IMG/VR virus record: IMGVR_UViG_3300037089_000251
Location: 32,001 to 96,000 of that record
Length of the DNA: 64,000 nucleotides
DNA from: a virus
Strand: one strand, 5' to 3'
Position numbers and translations under genes: made by a program. This document shows positions 55,401-64,000 of the stretch, piece after piece. The notes under the pieces are model-generated. The model did no database searches, was not told where the DNA came from, and saw nothing but the letters and a program-made list of their open reading frames with translations. How positions within the stretch are numbered: position 1 is the stretch's first letter; each line of letters opens with the position of its first letter.

Positions 55401-55992
55401 CATCGGCATGCCTGCCGCTGGCATTCTCATAACCAACACCCAGACGGGACAGCAGCAGGAGTACTCCGTGGACGGCAGCTTCATCGCCGCCGCCATGGCT
55501 GGCCTCAACATCAACCCGTCCAACGACGTGGCCACCACGCTGACCAACCAGAACCTCACCGGGTTCTCCCGCCTGCTCGTCCAGTACGACGACACGGTCA
55601 TGGACCAGATGGCGGCGGCAGGACTGGTGGCTCTGACCAACAACAACGGGGCGCTCAACATCCGGCACTACAAGAGCACCGACCCGAGCAACCCCATCAC
55701 CTCCGAGCCGACCTGCACGACCATCACGGATTACGTCTGCCAGCAGTTCCGGGCCGACTTCAAGCAGTTCATCGGTCGCAAGCTGGTAACCGGTCTGCTC
55801 AACGACATCACCATTGTCGGGAACTCCCGGCTTACGTCGTTGTCGAACAACCAAATCATCGCCGGGTACAATCCGCCGAACGTGGCGCAGGACCCGACCG
55901 ACCCGACCACGGTGGATGTGACCATCACCTTCAAGCCGATGTTCTCGTTGCTCTATATTTCGGTCACTTTCACGGTGACCACGACTCTGTAA
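52429..55992 (+). CDS. Contractile tail sheath protein
   Basis: YAPPGVYT N-terminus; C-terminal AAA.AG, IRH...TD and F...FIG.K...DPT.V.V.I.FKP.F.L.YI.V.F. Confidence 0.88.
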   Translation: MALFGSYAPPGVYTTVQIAGAGQPLFGNARIPVIIGEGQEFFEQDNVELFRGSTANSDEQVVNENISDQVVAITNEFHTTYFPVTDGSGKGVVSNDPSKVQIVVDGIPGTVISLDGATGDFTTQELVTPGQNVEISYFFQRIDTLVTNEDVSDQVPSFATLKIFDTDGNWSVISTSLPGITGNAVTISITDASLLSPPGPGVLDTQAVSGVGTDHISIEILKTTSSGSPPTQDKRTLEDIFNLVAAGIPTLDAGYLTATTPGGGSPPTLTPAVPIVATNLFGGLGPNTNKVFKVERVPIVDGTNGGVVTTDPTKVTVLVNGNKVSVSAVDGQTGYITLTNPVAFPSTVTITYWTNTYQNTFDLIPAQNVSEIVRVGLGPNRSDFVQDTDYVLGKDSYGNSIINWGASTTTAVGLASSGFTPFGPTQILTTLVDEHVYLRSCTGVSNGKNLVFSAPDAVTDGSGLSINTDDPTKISVYVGVNPVEALADGAVRVISLAGDTGKFTLYNAPLTGTNVYASYYRNALNDHTYTATVVNPGISGQGTYTLKDEVGRVLPVVSFDPAHSVVTQSGEFAQTGIVWPFAFPDLYDSPGEVDETVTLTFQDDGLTKDVNPGAQAYLNTQGLLFFVTTPGVGGDAITVAFNNTGTFGVVVTGNAIVFNGVTTTNQVVTLVGAGLTTTFGTVLVQLLTAGSVSTAAPLNLAGGVDPTTPEPYAIRYLVTSSSPKGSSGQGYLDQTYIDQDTGLKFTIVAPADALSYGYQSLPTPQYTFQPGDTLVFVVSSEQARFTGATYVPFSEAQQNNLIAIAGLHTEVVTTYGANAGDTALIQTFNKSGNEPLVGEYYYISFQTTKQPSDFAIKMYTKATDAYNAYGQPSTINRVSLGIQLMTQNGAQQFGVVQVPKQPGLNTATDASFIAAIQTLTTALPGLNTKANVIVPLSTSTTVQQFLSRQLITQAGPRNKGEAIGFVGYSTFTGFQQAIANAQSLKSSRMIAIGMPAAGILITNTQTGQQQEYSVDGSFIAAAMAGLNINPSNDVATTLTNQNLTGFSRLLVQYDDTVMDQMAAAGLVALTNNNGALNIRHYKSTDPSNPITSEPTCTTITDYVCQQFRADFKQFIGRKLVTGLLNDITIVGNSRLTSLSNNQIIAGYNPPNVAQDPTDPTTVDVTITFKPMFSLLYISVTFTVTTTL

Positions 55993-55997
55993 AAACG

Positions 55998-56027
55998 TGG
56001 GGGGAAAGGTGGGTACCTTTTCCCCCA
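55998..56027 (+). terminator. Stem-loop after the sheath gene
   Basis: TGGGGGGAAAGGT-GGGT-ACCTTTTCCCCCA; no strong T-tract. Confidence 0.4.
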
Positions 56028-56044
56028 TAAGCTAAGGTGGGAGA

Positions 56045-56509
56045 ATGCAAATCACTCCGGTAACCACGCAGGCGAACGGCGTCATCAGCATACGCCTACA
56101 GGCCTTGTTTGTCGGCGACCCTGATGATGCACAGGACAAGGCGCTGATTGCGGCATACGGCGACCCCCAGATTTCTCTCGTGGGCAACGGCACCTTCACG
56201 GCTCCCCTGCCGGGGTCCAGCCCCCCTGCCAGTTTCAGCTTCACCTTCCCGACCACCGAGTATTTCGTCGGGATAACAACCCAGATGTCGGGGAAGACGA
56301 TAAAGTTCATGCAGTCGTTGCCGAGCACCCCGCCGCTGTGCAACCCCAACGCCTCGGCACCGGTACAGGGTCCTCTGGATTGCATTACCGTGTATCCGGC
56401 ATACGCATTGGAAGCTTGGTACACAGCGATGGTCAGTGCCATCACCGCAGCCTTGACAGCGCTCAGGAACCTTTCCTTGGTTCCGCCGCTCACGCCTGTG
56501 GATGTTTAG
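56045..56509 (+). CDS. Hypothetical virion protein
   Basis: 154 aa between sheath and tube genes. Confidence 0.55.
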   Translation: MQITPVTTQANGVISIRLQALFVGDPDDAQDKALIAAYGDPQISLVGNGTFTAPLPGSSPPASFSFTFPTTEYFVGITTQMSGKTIKFMQSLPSTPPLCNPNASAPVQGPLDCITVYPAYALEAWYTAMVSAITAALTALRNLSLVPPLTPVDV

Positions 56510-56518
56510 GAGAAGGGG

Positions 56519-58525
56519 ATGAAATCTAAGCTCATCAACCGCCGCAAGAAGGCCACCACATTGGTCAGTCCCGAGACTCTCCAGATGGCGGTCAAGAAGG
56601 GTCAGGAGATTATCCCGATTCTCCAGTCCAAGAACGACCCTCGGCTGGCGAAGCTCCAGAAGGCTGTCCAGTGGCTAAGCAGGGTGGCCAAGTCGCCCAT
56701 GGGGCAGACCAACCTTGACGACCAAGCCTACCCGCAGTATGCCCAGACCGTCAGGCAGTATGTGGAGTGGGTGAGCCAGCTTGCGGGCACTTTCCGTGAC
56801 AGCAACGCCATGGAGCAGACGGAAATTCCTGAGACTGTTTCCCAAGTAGCCTCGGCAGGTGCCGACCCGTGGGTGACAGACAGAGATGAGAAGTCGGAGG
56901 CTAAGATGCCTGTAAAGGCAGAAGTACCTCGTTTGGCAGCACAGAAGAAGACAGCCCAGCCGGGAGTACCTCCCGGTGCCCCGCCCCCTCCCGCAGGAGC
57001 AGGCGGAGGAGCGGCCGCAGCACCCGCCCCAGCCCCGGCCGCAGCGGCAGGAGCAGCGCCAGCACCCGTCAAGCAGGCTCCCCCTATCACGCAGGCAGGC
57101 AATGGGGACATCAACGCCGACATCCACCAGATGTCCAGCGAGACGCTTGCCAACATCATCTCCGCCATCTCCAAGAACGTGGAAATCAACGACAAGGCAG
57201 GTCTGGACTTTATGGAGTCACTAGCCAAGCAACTCAAGGGACGCCCCGTGGAGACACAGGCTCCCGCAGGCAGGGCAGCTTCCGTCAAGGACACATTGAG
57301 CCTCTACGACGGCAACAGAACCGCCACGGGCGAGATGACGCAGTCGGAGGCGGATAGCCCCGAGGAGTGGCCTATTCACCATGCCATCGCCCAAGCCCTC
57401 GGCGGCAAGGTCAAGGCGTTCGACGTATACCAGGGACCCTACATCCTCATCGGCTCGGAGATTCGTGGCGAGGGCGTCTATGCCCCGGCGTTCCCACAGG
57501 CAGGCACCGTCCGCCTCTGGGTGCAGTCAGAGGGTGACGGCGGGCTGCTCACCGTCTACAACGAGGAAAACGAGAAGCAGAGCGAGCCATTTGCGTGGGA
57601 CGACACGATAGCGGCAGTCGAGGCTGCCCGGAGCGTCCTCGGGGAAGGTGGTGGAGAGGCGGAGATGGAGAACCTATGTATGGCCAGCCTGAGGCTTGCC
57701 GGTATAGAGGGCGAGCCGGTGGGAAAGGTAGCCGTGACCCCTCCTGACATCAGCGAGGAGACGGCGCACGAAATCAAGGATGAGTATCCGGGCGAGAAGG
57801 ACAAGGCCTATGCCACGATGTGGGCTATCCACAACAAGAAAAAGAAGAAGGGGACCCTCCGTGAGGTCCTTGCCGACCTTCACAAGGAGATTGACGCCTA
57901 TGTCCTGAAGACCGCAGCCGGGTCGGAGGGAAGCTCTTGGTTCGTCGAGGACCAAGACACCATGGATATCAAGGAAGGCGACAAGAACGTGAAGGAGATT
58001 GCCGAGGCGCACGGTCTGGAGGACGAGGGTCCTGCCAAGCTGGAGCGCCACGAGACCACCCTTCCCATCACCCTCAACGGCAGCAAGAACGCCGCCGAGG
58101 AGATGAAGGCGACCAAGGCGCTCAAGGAGGTCGAGAAGCTGTCCGACCGCCTCAAGGAGATGTACCTGGACGCCAAGGAGATTACCAACGCCAATGATTC
58201 CCGCCCTGTCAGGGAGGCGGTGGAGGCAATCTACCGGGCGTATGACCAGCTTGGTCAGGCTGCCAAGGTACTCGGCAAGCAGCAGATGCAGGAAGAGGCC
58301 GAGGAAGACGCAGTCAAGGTCAAGGAGAAGGCCAGCAAGAAGAAGGGCAACTGGATGGACAGCTTGGTCTTAGCGGCAGAGGACGACGACGATGAGGTCA
58401 AGTGCGAGGGTTGCGGGAAGCCCCACAACAACCAGAACGGAGGCTACTTGTCCGAGCTTTGCAGGAAGTGCGAGAAGGAGACCGAGGCGGAGAAGAAGCG
58501 GACAAAGTTCAAGGACAAGCAGTAG
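56519..58525 (+). CDS. Modular hypothetical protein with Pro/Ala linker (possible head-internal protein)
   Basis: 668 aa; PGAPPPPAGAGGGAAAAPAPAP linker; KxA junction-like motifs. Confidence 0.6.
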   Translation: MKSKLINRRKKATTLVSPETLQMAVKKGQEIIPILQSKNDPRLAKLQKAVQWLSRVAKSPMGQTNLDDQAYPQYAQTVRQYVEWVSQLAGTFRDSNAMEQTEIPETVSQVASAGADPWVTDRDEKSEAKMPVKAEVPRLAAQKKTAQPGVPPGAPPPPAGAGGGAAAAPAPAPAAAAGAAPAPVKQAPPITQAGNGDINADIHQMSSETLANIISAISKNVEINDKAGLDFMESLAKQLKGRPVETQAPAGRAASVKDTLSLYDGNRTATGEMTQSEADSPEEWPIHHAIAQALGGKVKAFDVYQGPYILIGSEIRGEGVYAPAFPQAGTVRLWVQSEGDGGLLTVYNEENEKQSEPFAWDDTIAAVEAARSVLGEGGGEAEMENLCMASLRLAGIEGEPVGKVAVTPPDISEETAHEIKDEYPGEKDKAYATMWAIHNKKKKKGTLREVLADLHKEIDAYVLKTAAGSEGSSWFVEDQDTMDIKEGDKNVKEIAEAHGLEDEGPAKLERHETTLPITLNGSKNAAEEMKATKALKEVEKLSDRLKEMYLDAKEITNANDSRPVREAVEAIYRAYDQLGQAAKVLGKQQMQEEAEEDAVKVKEKASKKKGNWMDSLVLAAEDDDDEVKCEGCGKPHNNQNGGYLSELCRKCEKETEAEKKRTKFKDKQ

Positions 58526-58595
58526 CGTTTGCAAGGAAAAGGACTTTTGAGGTTTTGAATAGAACGCCGCCTCGGGCGGCTTCAGGAGGAAGACC

Positions 58596-59288
58596 ATGGC
58601 GCAAGGCGGTTACATCTATCAGCAAGGAGCAAGCCCCCAGACGGAATCCGTAATCTCGTCTCGCTTCAAGATTTTTACGGATGTCGTGGGTGTGGGCAAG
58701 TTTGTGAAGCTGGGCGTCACGTCCTCCTTCCAAATCTCTGAAACCCGCACGGTCGAGGCAATCCGTGGGTTGGGCTATGGCGACCAAGTCGCTGAGCTTG
58801 TGCCCGGCGTCACGGAACCGCTGAGCATCACCATCCAGCGCACCTGCCTCTACCTTGCCAACATCATGCAGGTTCTCGGCTACAAGGCTGGCGTATCAGG
58901 CGGCGTCCGTTCCATCCGTCATCACCGCTGGCCGTTCGACATCAAGACCGAGATTGTCTTCTCCCAGCTTGCCTCGGAAGACCCGAGCAACGCCTCCGGT
59001 TTCGGCGGCGGAACCCCGGACCTCACCCCTGCGGACATCCCGAACGAGGGTGGGTTCAACAACCTCGGCAACCCCGGACTACAGGCGGTTGCGACGGTGT
59101 ACGAGGGCTGCTGGATTTCCAACTACACCACTGGCTATGCCATTGAAACGGCCGCCGTGAACGAGAACGTAACCGTCTCCGTCACCGACATCTTCGATGT
59201 CAGCGGCACGGTGTACGGTGAGTTCCTCGACAGCGGTCTGAACTCCGGTGATGCGACCGGCAGGAGCTTGCTCTACTCGATTTCTTAA
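58596..59288 (+). CDS. Tail tube protein
   Basis: G...SF.ISETR.VE.IRGLG.GD..AELVPG...T.YEGCWI..Y...Y......V.E; downstream of the sheath. Confidence 0.75.
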   Translation: MAQGGYIYQQGASPQTESVISSRFKIFTDVVGVGKFVKLGVTSSFQISETRTVEAIRGLGYGDQVAELVPGVTEPLSITIQRTCLYLANIMQVLGYKAGVSGGVRSIRHHRWPFDIKTEIVFSQLASEDPSNASGFGGGTPDLTPADIPNEGGFNNLGNPGLQAVATVYEGCWISNYTTGYAIETAAVNENVTVSVTDIFDVSGTVYGEFLDSGLNSGDATGRSLLYSIS

Positions 59289-59327
59289 TTCGGCGGTATT
59301 AAATCGCTAGGGGGTGAGACGGTATAC

Positions 59328-59615
59328 GTGGCGAGCATCGTTACCCAAAAGCAAGTCACGGCCAACGTCTCCCCTGCCCGCAAGTGCTGGCGGCTAGTCT
59401 GGAATACCCTGTCCAAGCGGGTCTTCATCCTCTACGAGAATGAGGGCCACACCATGACAATGCAATCCATGTTCTGCTCGTCCCCCACGGACGGGGGTCC
59501 TGATTCTGTGCCCAGCATCGAGGGAAAGAAGGAATGCCTGGAGGAGATGAAGAGGCTGGGACTGGTCTACTCCCCACCGCCAGCAGAGATGGTTAAAGGT
59601 GAGATTGGTCCCTAA
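59328..59615 (+). CDS. Hypothetical protein
   Basis: 95-aa ORF after the tube gene. Confidence 0.5.
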   Translation: MASIVTQKQVTANVSPARKCWRLVWNTLSKRVFILYENEGHTMTMQSMFCSSPTDGGPDSVPSIEGKKECLEEMKRLGLVYSPPPAEMVKGEIGP

Positions 59616-59685
59616 GGTATTTCCCTCCTTGTTCAAAACCCCATTTTAACAGAATACCCGAAGCCTAAGTAGGGGAATTGTCTCT

Positions 59686-62600
59686 ATGCTTACCAAGCCT
59701 CACTCGTCGCTGCTCCAGAAGAAAGCCTCCATGCTGCCCATCCCCGGAACAGGGGGGGTCGGTGGGATTGACGTTGCCGATATGGATAGCCTTGCCAGTC
59801 ATGGCTTGGACAGCCCGGCAGACCCCGCCAACAACTATACCCCTCTCTATGGCAAGGGGTCGGAGACGGATAGCCTCAAGCAGGCATGGTGGAGGGGTCG
59901 CAGTAAGAACTACAAGCCTTGGAATCCCAAGGGCTGGTCCACGCAGCAACTCGCCGAGGGGATGGAGTCCAGAAAGAAAAGGATTGCTGAGGCAAATATA
60001 GAACGGGACGAGGAGTTCACCAAGTACGTCCCTATTACCGACCGCCCCAGCGACTACTGGGAGCAGATGGACTATGACAGCGCCAACCGCATGGGACGGG
60101 GAATCCTCCATGACGATGTCCGGGGACGGCGCTTCCGGGACCTTGACAAAGAGATTGCCCGCCTCAAGCGGGAGATGCGGTCCATAGAGATTGAGCAGGG
60201 GCGGCAAGCCAAGTCCCCTCTCCAGCAGCCTACCACCGCCAGCCTGAAGCTTGCCGACAACTCCATATGCCGTTGTGGTCATCAGTGGCACGAGCATTGG
60301 AGCCTCGGTAATTTTGGCTGCAAGGACACCTCGTGCGAGTGCAAAGGGTTCAAGGCAAAGACCGGCTCCGTAAACTCATTGCTCCACCCCAAGCGGGCCG
60401 ACCTGAGCGACATCTGGGCAACCGGGAGCGAGGGACTGGGGGACAAGGAGGACTTCCGGGCAGGACTTAAGCAGGAATGGGACGACCCGGACGGCTACCT
60501 GTACCGCTCCGAGGTCTACTGCCCCCGCTGCGGTCGGGAGCTTATCGACGAGCTTATCGACACCAAGCAAATAGGTCCGTCTGCACCGGATGAAAACGAC
60601 GAGTGGACCAAGGACTCGGACATAGTCCCCCAGCCCATACTCTCCTTGGAGCCTGGCATGGAGAGATGCGGGAAGTGCGGCGACGACGCCCGCCCGGAGA
60701 CGAGGGAGCCGGGCGAGCTTAACGACCAAGACAAGGACTTCCTCAAGGACATGAAAATCTCCCTCGCTTCCCTCAAGGGGCTTTCCAAGCGGGTAGCCTC
60801 GGACAGTCCGCTACTTCAGCCGCCCGACCCAAGCAGCGCCACCTTCTTCAAGGAGAGCGAGAACGACGGCTGGGAGGACCCCGAGTACAACAAGGAGTGG
60901 CTAAAGGGGGTAAGGGCAAAGAAGAAGCCCCGCTGCCCGCATTGCGGCTCAGATGATTATGCCCTGATGCCTACCGACTTCGAGACTGCCAAGTGCAACA
61001 AGTGCGAGAAGACCTGGGACCACGGCATCGTGCCGGGGATAAACGACCCCAGTGAAGGCAAGACGGCGGCGAACCCCAACCACACCGTGCGGGACTTCAA
61101 CCGCAAGAACCCTAATAGGTGGAAAGAACTCAGAGAGAGTCAAGGGGTGCCTGAACGACCCTTGCAGCCCTTCACCCAGTGGCTCATCGAAGAGGCTGGG
61201 AAGGGAAAGCGTTACAATACCATTGAAGAGGCACGGGCTGTCTATGACACCTTGCCTGCCGAGGGCAAGACTGCCTCCGACTGGAATACCGAAGACCCCT
61301 CCAAGATGGACCCGGCTCTCGCCGCCCATCTCAGGAGCAAGGGGATGAACCCATGGATGGCCCCCACTACCAGGCTCCCTGATGCGGAGATGAAGAAGTT
61401 CCCGATAACCAAGGAGATTCTGGCTTGGGAGAAGGAGACAGGACGCCGGATGGACTCCGGGCAGGCATCCCTGCTCCTCCCCCGGACGGCCGCCGATGCG
61501 GGTCCCGAGGGCTTCCCCCCGCCCCAGCGTGAGCTTGACTACGATGGGTGGTCCACCATCGGCACCCTGCGCAAGCGCATGACGGAACTCTACAATGCCT
61601 GGCGCAACAAGGAAATCACCCGTGAGGAGTACGAGGTCGAGAACTACCTCCTGAATGTAGCCAGAGAGGCTGCCAAGAAGGCTTGGACAGACGACCCCAA
61701 GTACCGGGAACTGACCAAGGCCATAGACTCATCGGAAGGCAGGAATGACACGGACTTCCTGAAGTCAATGGGAGTCACATCTGCCAAGAACGCCAGCGAG
61801 AAGTCCTACGGCATGGGCACACCGCTCGGCGGGGCATCCAGCGTGCCCGCCCCGAACAACACGCAGGAGAAGTCACAAGACCCACTCCAGACCCCACAGA
61901 GTCCATGGCAACCGCCCGACACCGCCAAGGCCAACACCGCCCCGGAGCAGGCGACCGACCAGATGGCGGACGAGGTGGTGAAGAAGCTCCAGGACAAGAT
62001 GGGCAATGTGGAACTCTCCCAAATCGTCCGGACCGACGAGGGCGAGGAGAAGCCGGGCAGGTCGGACATCAAGCGGCACATCGACAAGAGCTTGCTTGAC
62101 AAGGACTATTCCCCTCCCCGCCCGCTGAGCAAGGGTGCGGGTATAGCAGATGAGGCAGAGTATGACGAGGAGCCGTATGACCCAGAAGCTTACAATGCGA
62201 ATGCCTTCCTCAGAGCAGACGAGAGTGTTGAAGACCTACCCACCATTAGACAGATAGAGGAAACCAACAAAGCCCCTGCTGAGTTGGAGTGCAATACCTG
62301 CAAGCTGAAAAGCAGCCAGATGAATGATGGAAAAGCCACCAACTATGAGTTGGCTATATGGCTGATGAGGCAGCATCTCCACGATAAACACCAAGCGAAG
62401 TTTGGTCCCCATTCATTCACTAATCTCACTTCTGTCGAAAGGAATCTTACGCCGAGCAGCGAAGACAAGGACTTCCTCAAGGGGATGGGCATCAAGGAAG
62501 CTGGGCGCTACCACGGATACGGTGAGGACGAGGGCGACGACGAGGAAGTCACCGACCTCGGAACCAAGTATGGGCAGCCCATCGGGGGTAAGCCCAAGCC

Positions 62601-63816
62601 AGAGTACCGTTGCCCCATATGCGGATGGAGCGGCGAGGGGTCCATGCTGAACCACATGCAGGCATACCATCCCGGAAGCACCCCATCCATCGACATCGAC
62701 GAGACGCTCTCCGATGTCAAGATGGGACCGGAGGACCATTGCCCGATATGCGGACTCAACTGGGTGGGATGGGGACAGAGCTACAAGGACGACCACACCG
62801 AGGGTCACCTTGCCAAGAAGGAAGCACCGCCGTCCTCCAAGCCCCCTCGATTCCGCCCGACCAAGGACGACAAGGACTTCCTCAAGGGGATGGGCATCAA
62901 GGGGTCGAAGACCGCCGCCGACGCCGAGGCGTGGTGGAGGAGCACCGTCAATACCAAGCGCCGGGAGCTTGCGGGCGCATTGGGCATCGACAAGTACTGG
63001 AGCCATTTCGTCTGGGAGTCCCTGCCCCCGGAGATACAGGAGAAGGTCAAGGCAAGCCTGCCGCAGGCGACAGAGCCACAGCTTGAGCTTAACCCCGAGG
63101 ACAGGGAACTCCTCGGCGGCATGAAGATACAGGCTGCGGGCAAGAAATGGAACCCCATATTGGCCAAGGAATTCTATGACAAGGGGCTGGCATCGGCCAT
63201 GGACGGCAACTGGAACGAGGCGGCCAACGCCCTGAGCCAGTCACTCAACCACAACCCCTATAACGGACCTGCTCATTTCATGCTGGGTATTGTCTTCGCC
63301 CAAGACGGGGACACGGCAGCAGCACTCTCGCAGTTCAAGGACTCCCTCCGCACCAGCCCCAAGGAGGACTACCCCTACCATGGGATTATCACCGAGCTTT
63401 CCCGCAAGGGCGAGCTAGACGGGCTTCCGCAGGACGTGAAGAACTATCTCCTCGACAACATGGTGGCCAAGACGGCGGCGGGCAGCAAGGTAGCCAAGGG
63501 TTTGGGTGCCCCGATAAAGGAGCGCACGGCCGCTGAGGGAGAGACGTGGTGGAGGAGTTGCAAGACCTGCGGAAAGCCCGCCTTGGAGTTGAAGAAGGGG
63601 GAGAACGTCCGGGGACCAGTGTGGTGCGAGGAATGCTCCCCAAGTGGTCTCAAGGAACCCCGTACCCTCCCGAAAGCAGCGGTGCAGGTGGAGGATGGTG
63701 TCAACCTCGTGTGCCCAAACTGCAAGGGGACGGAAACCAAACCCGTGGACGACCCTGATACCGAGGATGGAAATCTAGTCGAATGTGTAACATGTGGGGC
63801 GTTCTTTGCCAAATAA
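59686..63816 (+). CDS. Large modular protein with many Zn-ribbons, a TPR module and five DKDFLxxMxI-like motifs
   Basis: Multiple CxxC pairs; TPR AKEFYDKG...NPYNGPAHFMLGIVFAQDGD; repeated KTAA/KTAS. Confidence 0.7.
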   Translation: MLTKPHSSLLQKKASMLPIPGTGGVGGIDVADMDSLASHGLDSPADPANNYTPLYGKGSETDSLKQAWWRGRSKNYKPWNPKGWSTQQLAEGMESRKKRIAEANIERDEEFTKYVPITDRPSDYWEQMDYDSANRMGRGILHDDVRGRRFRDLDKEIARLKREMRSIEIEQGRQAKSPLQQPTTASLKLADNSICRCGHQWHEHWSLGNFGCKDTSCECKGFKAKTGSVNSLLHPKRADLSDIWATGSEGLGDKEDFRAGLKQEWDDPDGYLYRSEVYCPRCGRELIDELIDTKQIGPSAPDENDEWTKDSDIVPQPILSLEPGMERCGKCGDDARPETREPGELNDQDKDFLKDMKISLASLKGLSKRVASDSPLLQPPDPSSATFFKESENDGWEDPEYNKEWLKGVRAKKKPRCPHCGSDDYALMPTDFETAKCNKCEKTWDHGIVPGINDPSEGKTAANPNHTVRDFNRKNPNRWKELRESQGVPERPLQPFTQWLIEEAGKGKRYNTIEEARAVYDTLPAEGKTASDWNTEDPSKMDPALAAHLRSKGMNPWMAPTTRLPDAEMKKFPITKEILAWEKETGRRMDSGQASLLLPRTAADAGPEGFPPPQRELDYDGWSTIGTLRKRMTELYNAWRNKEITREEYEVENYLLNVAREAAKKAWTDDPKYRELTKAIDSSEGRNDTDFLKSMGVTSAKNASEKSYGMGTPLGGASSVPAPNNTQEKSQDPLQTPQSPWQPPDTAKANTAPEQATDQMADEVVKKLQDKMGNVELSQIVRTDEGEEKPGRSDIKRHIDKSLLDKDYSPPRPLSKGAGIADEAEYDEEPYDPEAYNANAFLRADESVEDLPTIRQIEETNKAPAELECNTCKLKSSQMNDGKATNYELAIWLMRQHLHDKHQAKFGPHSFTNLTSVERNLTPSSEDKDFLKGMGIKEAGRYHGYGEDEGDDEEVTDLGTKYGQPIGGKPKPEYRCPICGWSGEGSMLNHMQAYHPGSTPSIDIDETLSDVKMGPEDHCPICGLNWVGWGQSYKDDHTEGHLAKKEAPPSSKPPRFRPTKDDKDFLKGMGIKGSKTAADAEAWWRSTVNTKRRELAGALGIDKYWSHFVWESLPPEIQEKVKASLPQATEPQLELNPEDRELLGGMKIQAAGKKWNPILAKEFYDKGLASAMDGNWNEAANALSQSLNHNPYNGPAHFMLGIVFAQDGDTAAALSQFKDSLRTSPKEDYPYHGIITELSRKGELDGLPQDVKNYLLDNMVAKTAAGSKVAKGLGAPIKERTAAEGETWWRSCKTCGKPALELKKGENVRGPVWCEECSPSGLKEPRTLPKAAVQVEDGVNLVCPNCKGTETKPVDDPDTEDGNLVECVTCGAFFAK

Positions 63817-63847
63817 CGAATAGGGAACACCTTATTAGGTGGTGTAG

Positions 63848-64000
63848 ATGTCTTTTGAGAAGGTCGCCAGTGCGGTAGTCAGGGAGCCGGTGCTCACCCC
63901 CCAAGCTTGGGAGCAGGAATGGGGCGGTAGGGCGTTTCATATCCCTCTGTCCACGCCCGCCAAGACGTTCTGGAAGACCGCCTCGTCCAACAAGACCAAG
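63848..64000 (+). CDS. 5' end of a gene running off the window
   Basis: GGTGG before ATG; open to the window end (MSFEKVASAVVREPVLTPQAW...). Confidence 0.55.
   Translation, partial: MSFEKVASAVVREPVLTPQAWEQEWGGRAFHIPLSTPAKTFWKTASSNKTK

Noticed and set aside
52444-56028. 1194-aa minus-strand ORF (and similar long antisense ORFs, e.g. 25974-27215, 43817-44767)
   Set aside because: Antisense shadows of GC3-biased genes; they overlap clearly recognisable + strand genes and have no motifs.
1-64000. Stop-codon reassignment, DGR/retron, integrase or CRISPR-Cas
   Set aside because: TAA, TAG and TGA all end tightly packed genes and no suppressor tRNA is present. No reverse transcriptase, recombinase or cas motifs were recognised.

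Overview
This window is part of a large, GC-rich, contractile-tailed (myovirus-like, probably jumbo) phage genome that uses the standard genetic code. 1-19.3 kb is mainly a baseplate/tail-fibre module, including a 5'-truncated Ig-repeat fibre and a baseplate J-like protein, interrupted by freestanding homing endonucleases. 19.3-46.7 kb is an accessory region with many small genes, a sugar transferase, a tRNA cassette (5 Thr, 2 Gln, 2 Ile-anticodon), a GGQ release-factor domain, a ROT/TROVE-like-TerD protein flanked by three copies of a covarying small RNA, a DUF262 protein, an intein-containing UvrD helicase, a NadM-Nudix/NadV NAD+ salvage pair, an RNA-ligase-like protein and a HAD phosphatase. 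46.7-64 kb holds neck-like genes, tail sheath, tail tube and large modular proteins. The most striking signal is a candidate ribosome-mediated attenuator at 23458-23588. Its leader codons (ACA CAA ACG CAG ACC CAA ATT) are exactly those read by the downstream tRNAs, which suggests a phage circuit that senses tRNA depletion and turns on replacement tRNAs and ribosome rescue. All family assignments come from motif recognition by eye; no database searches were run.
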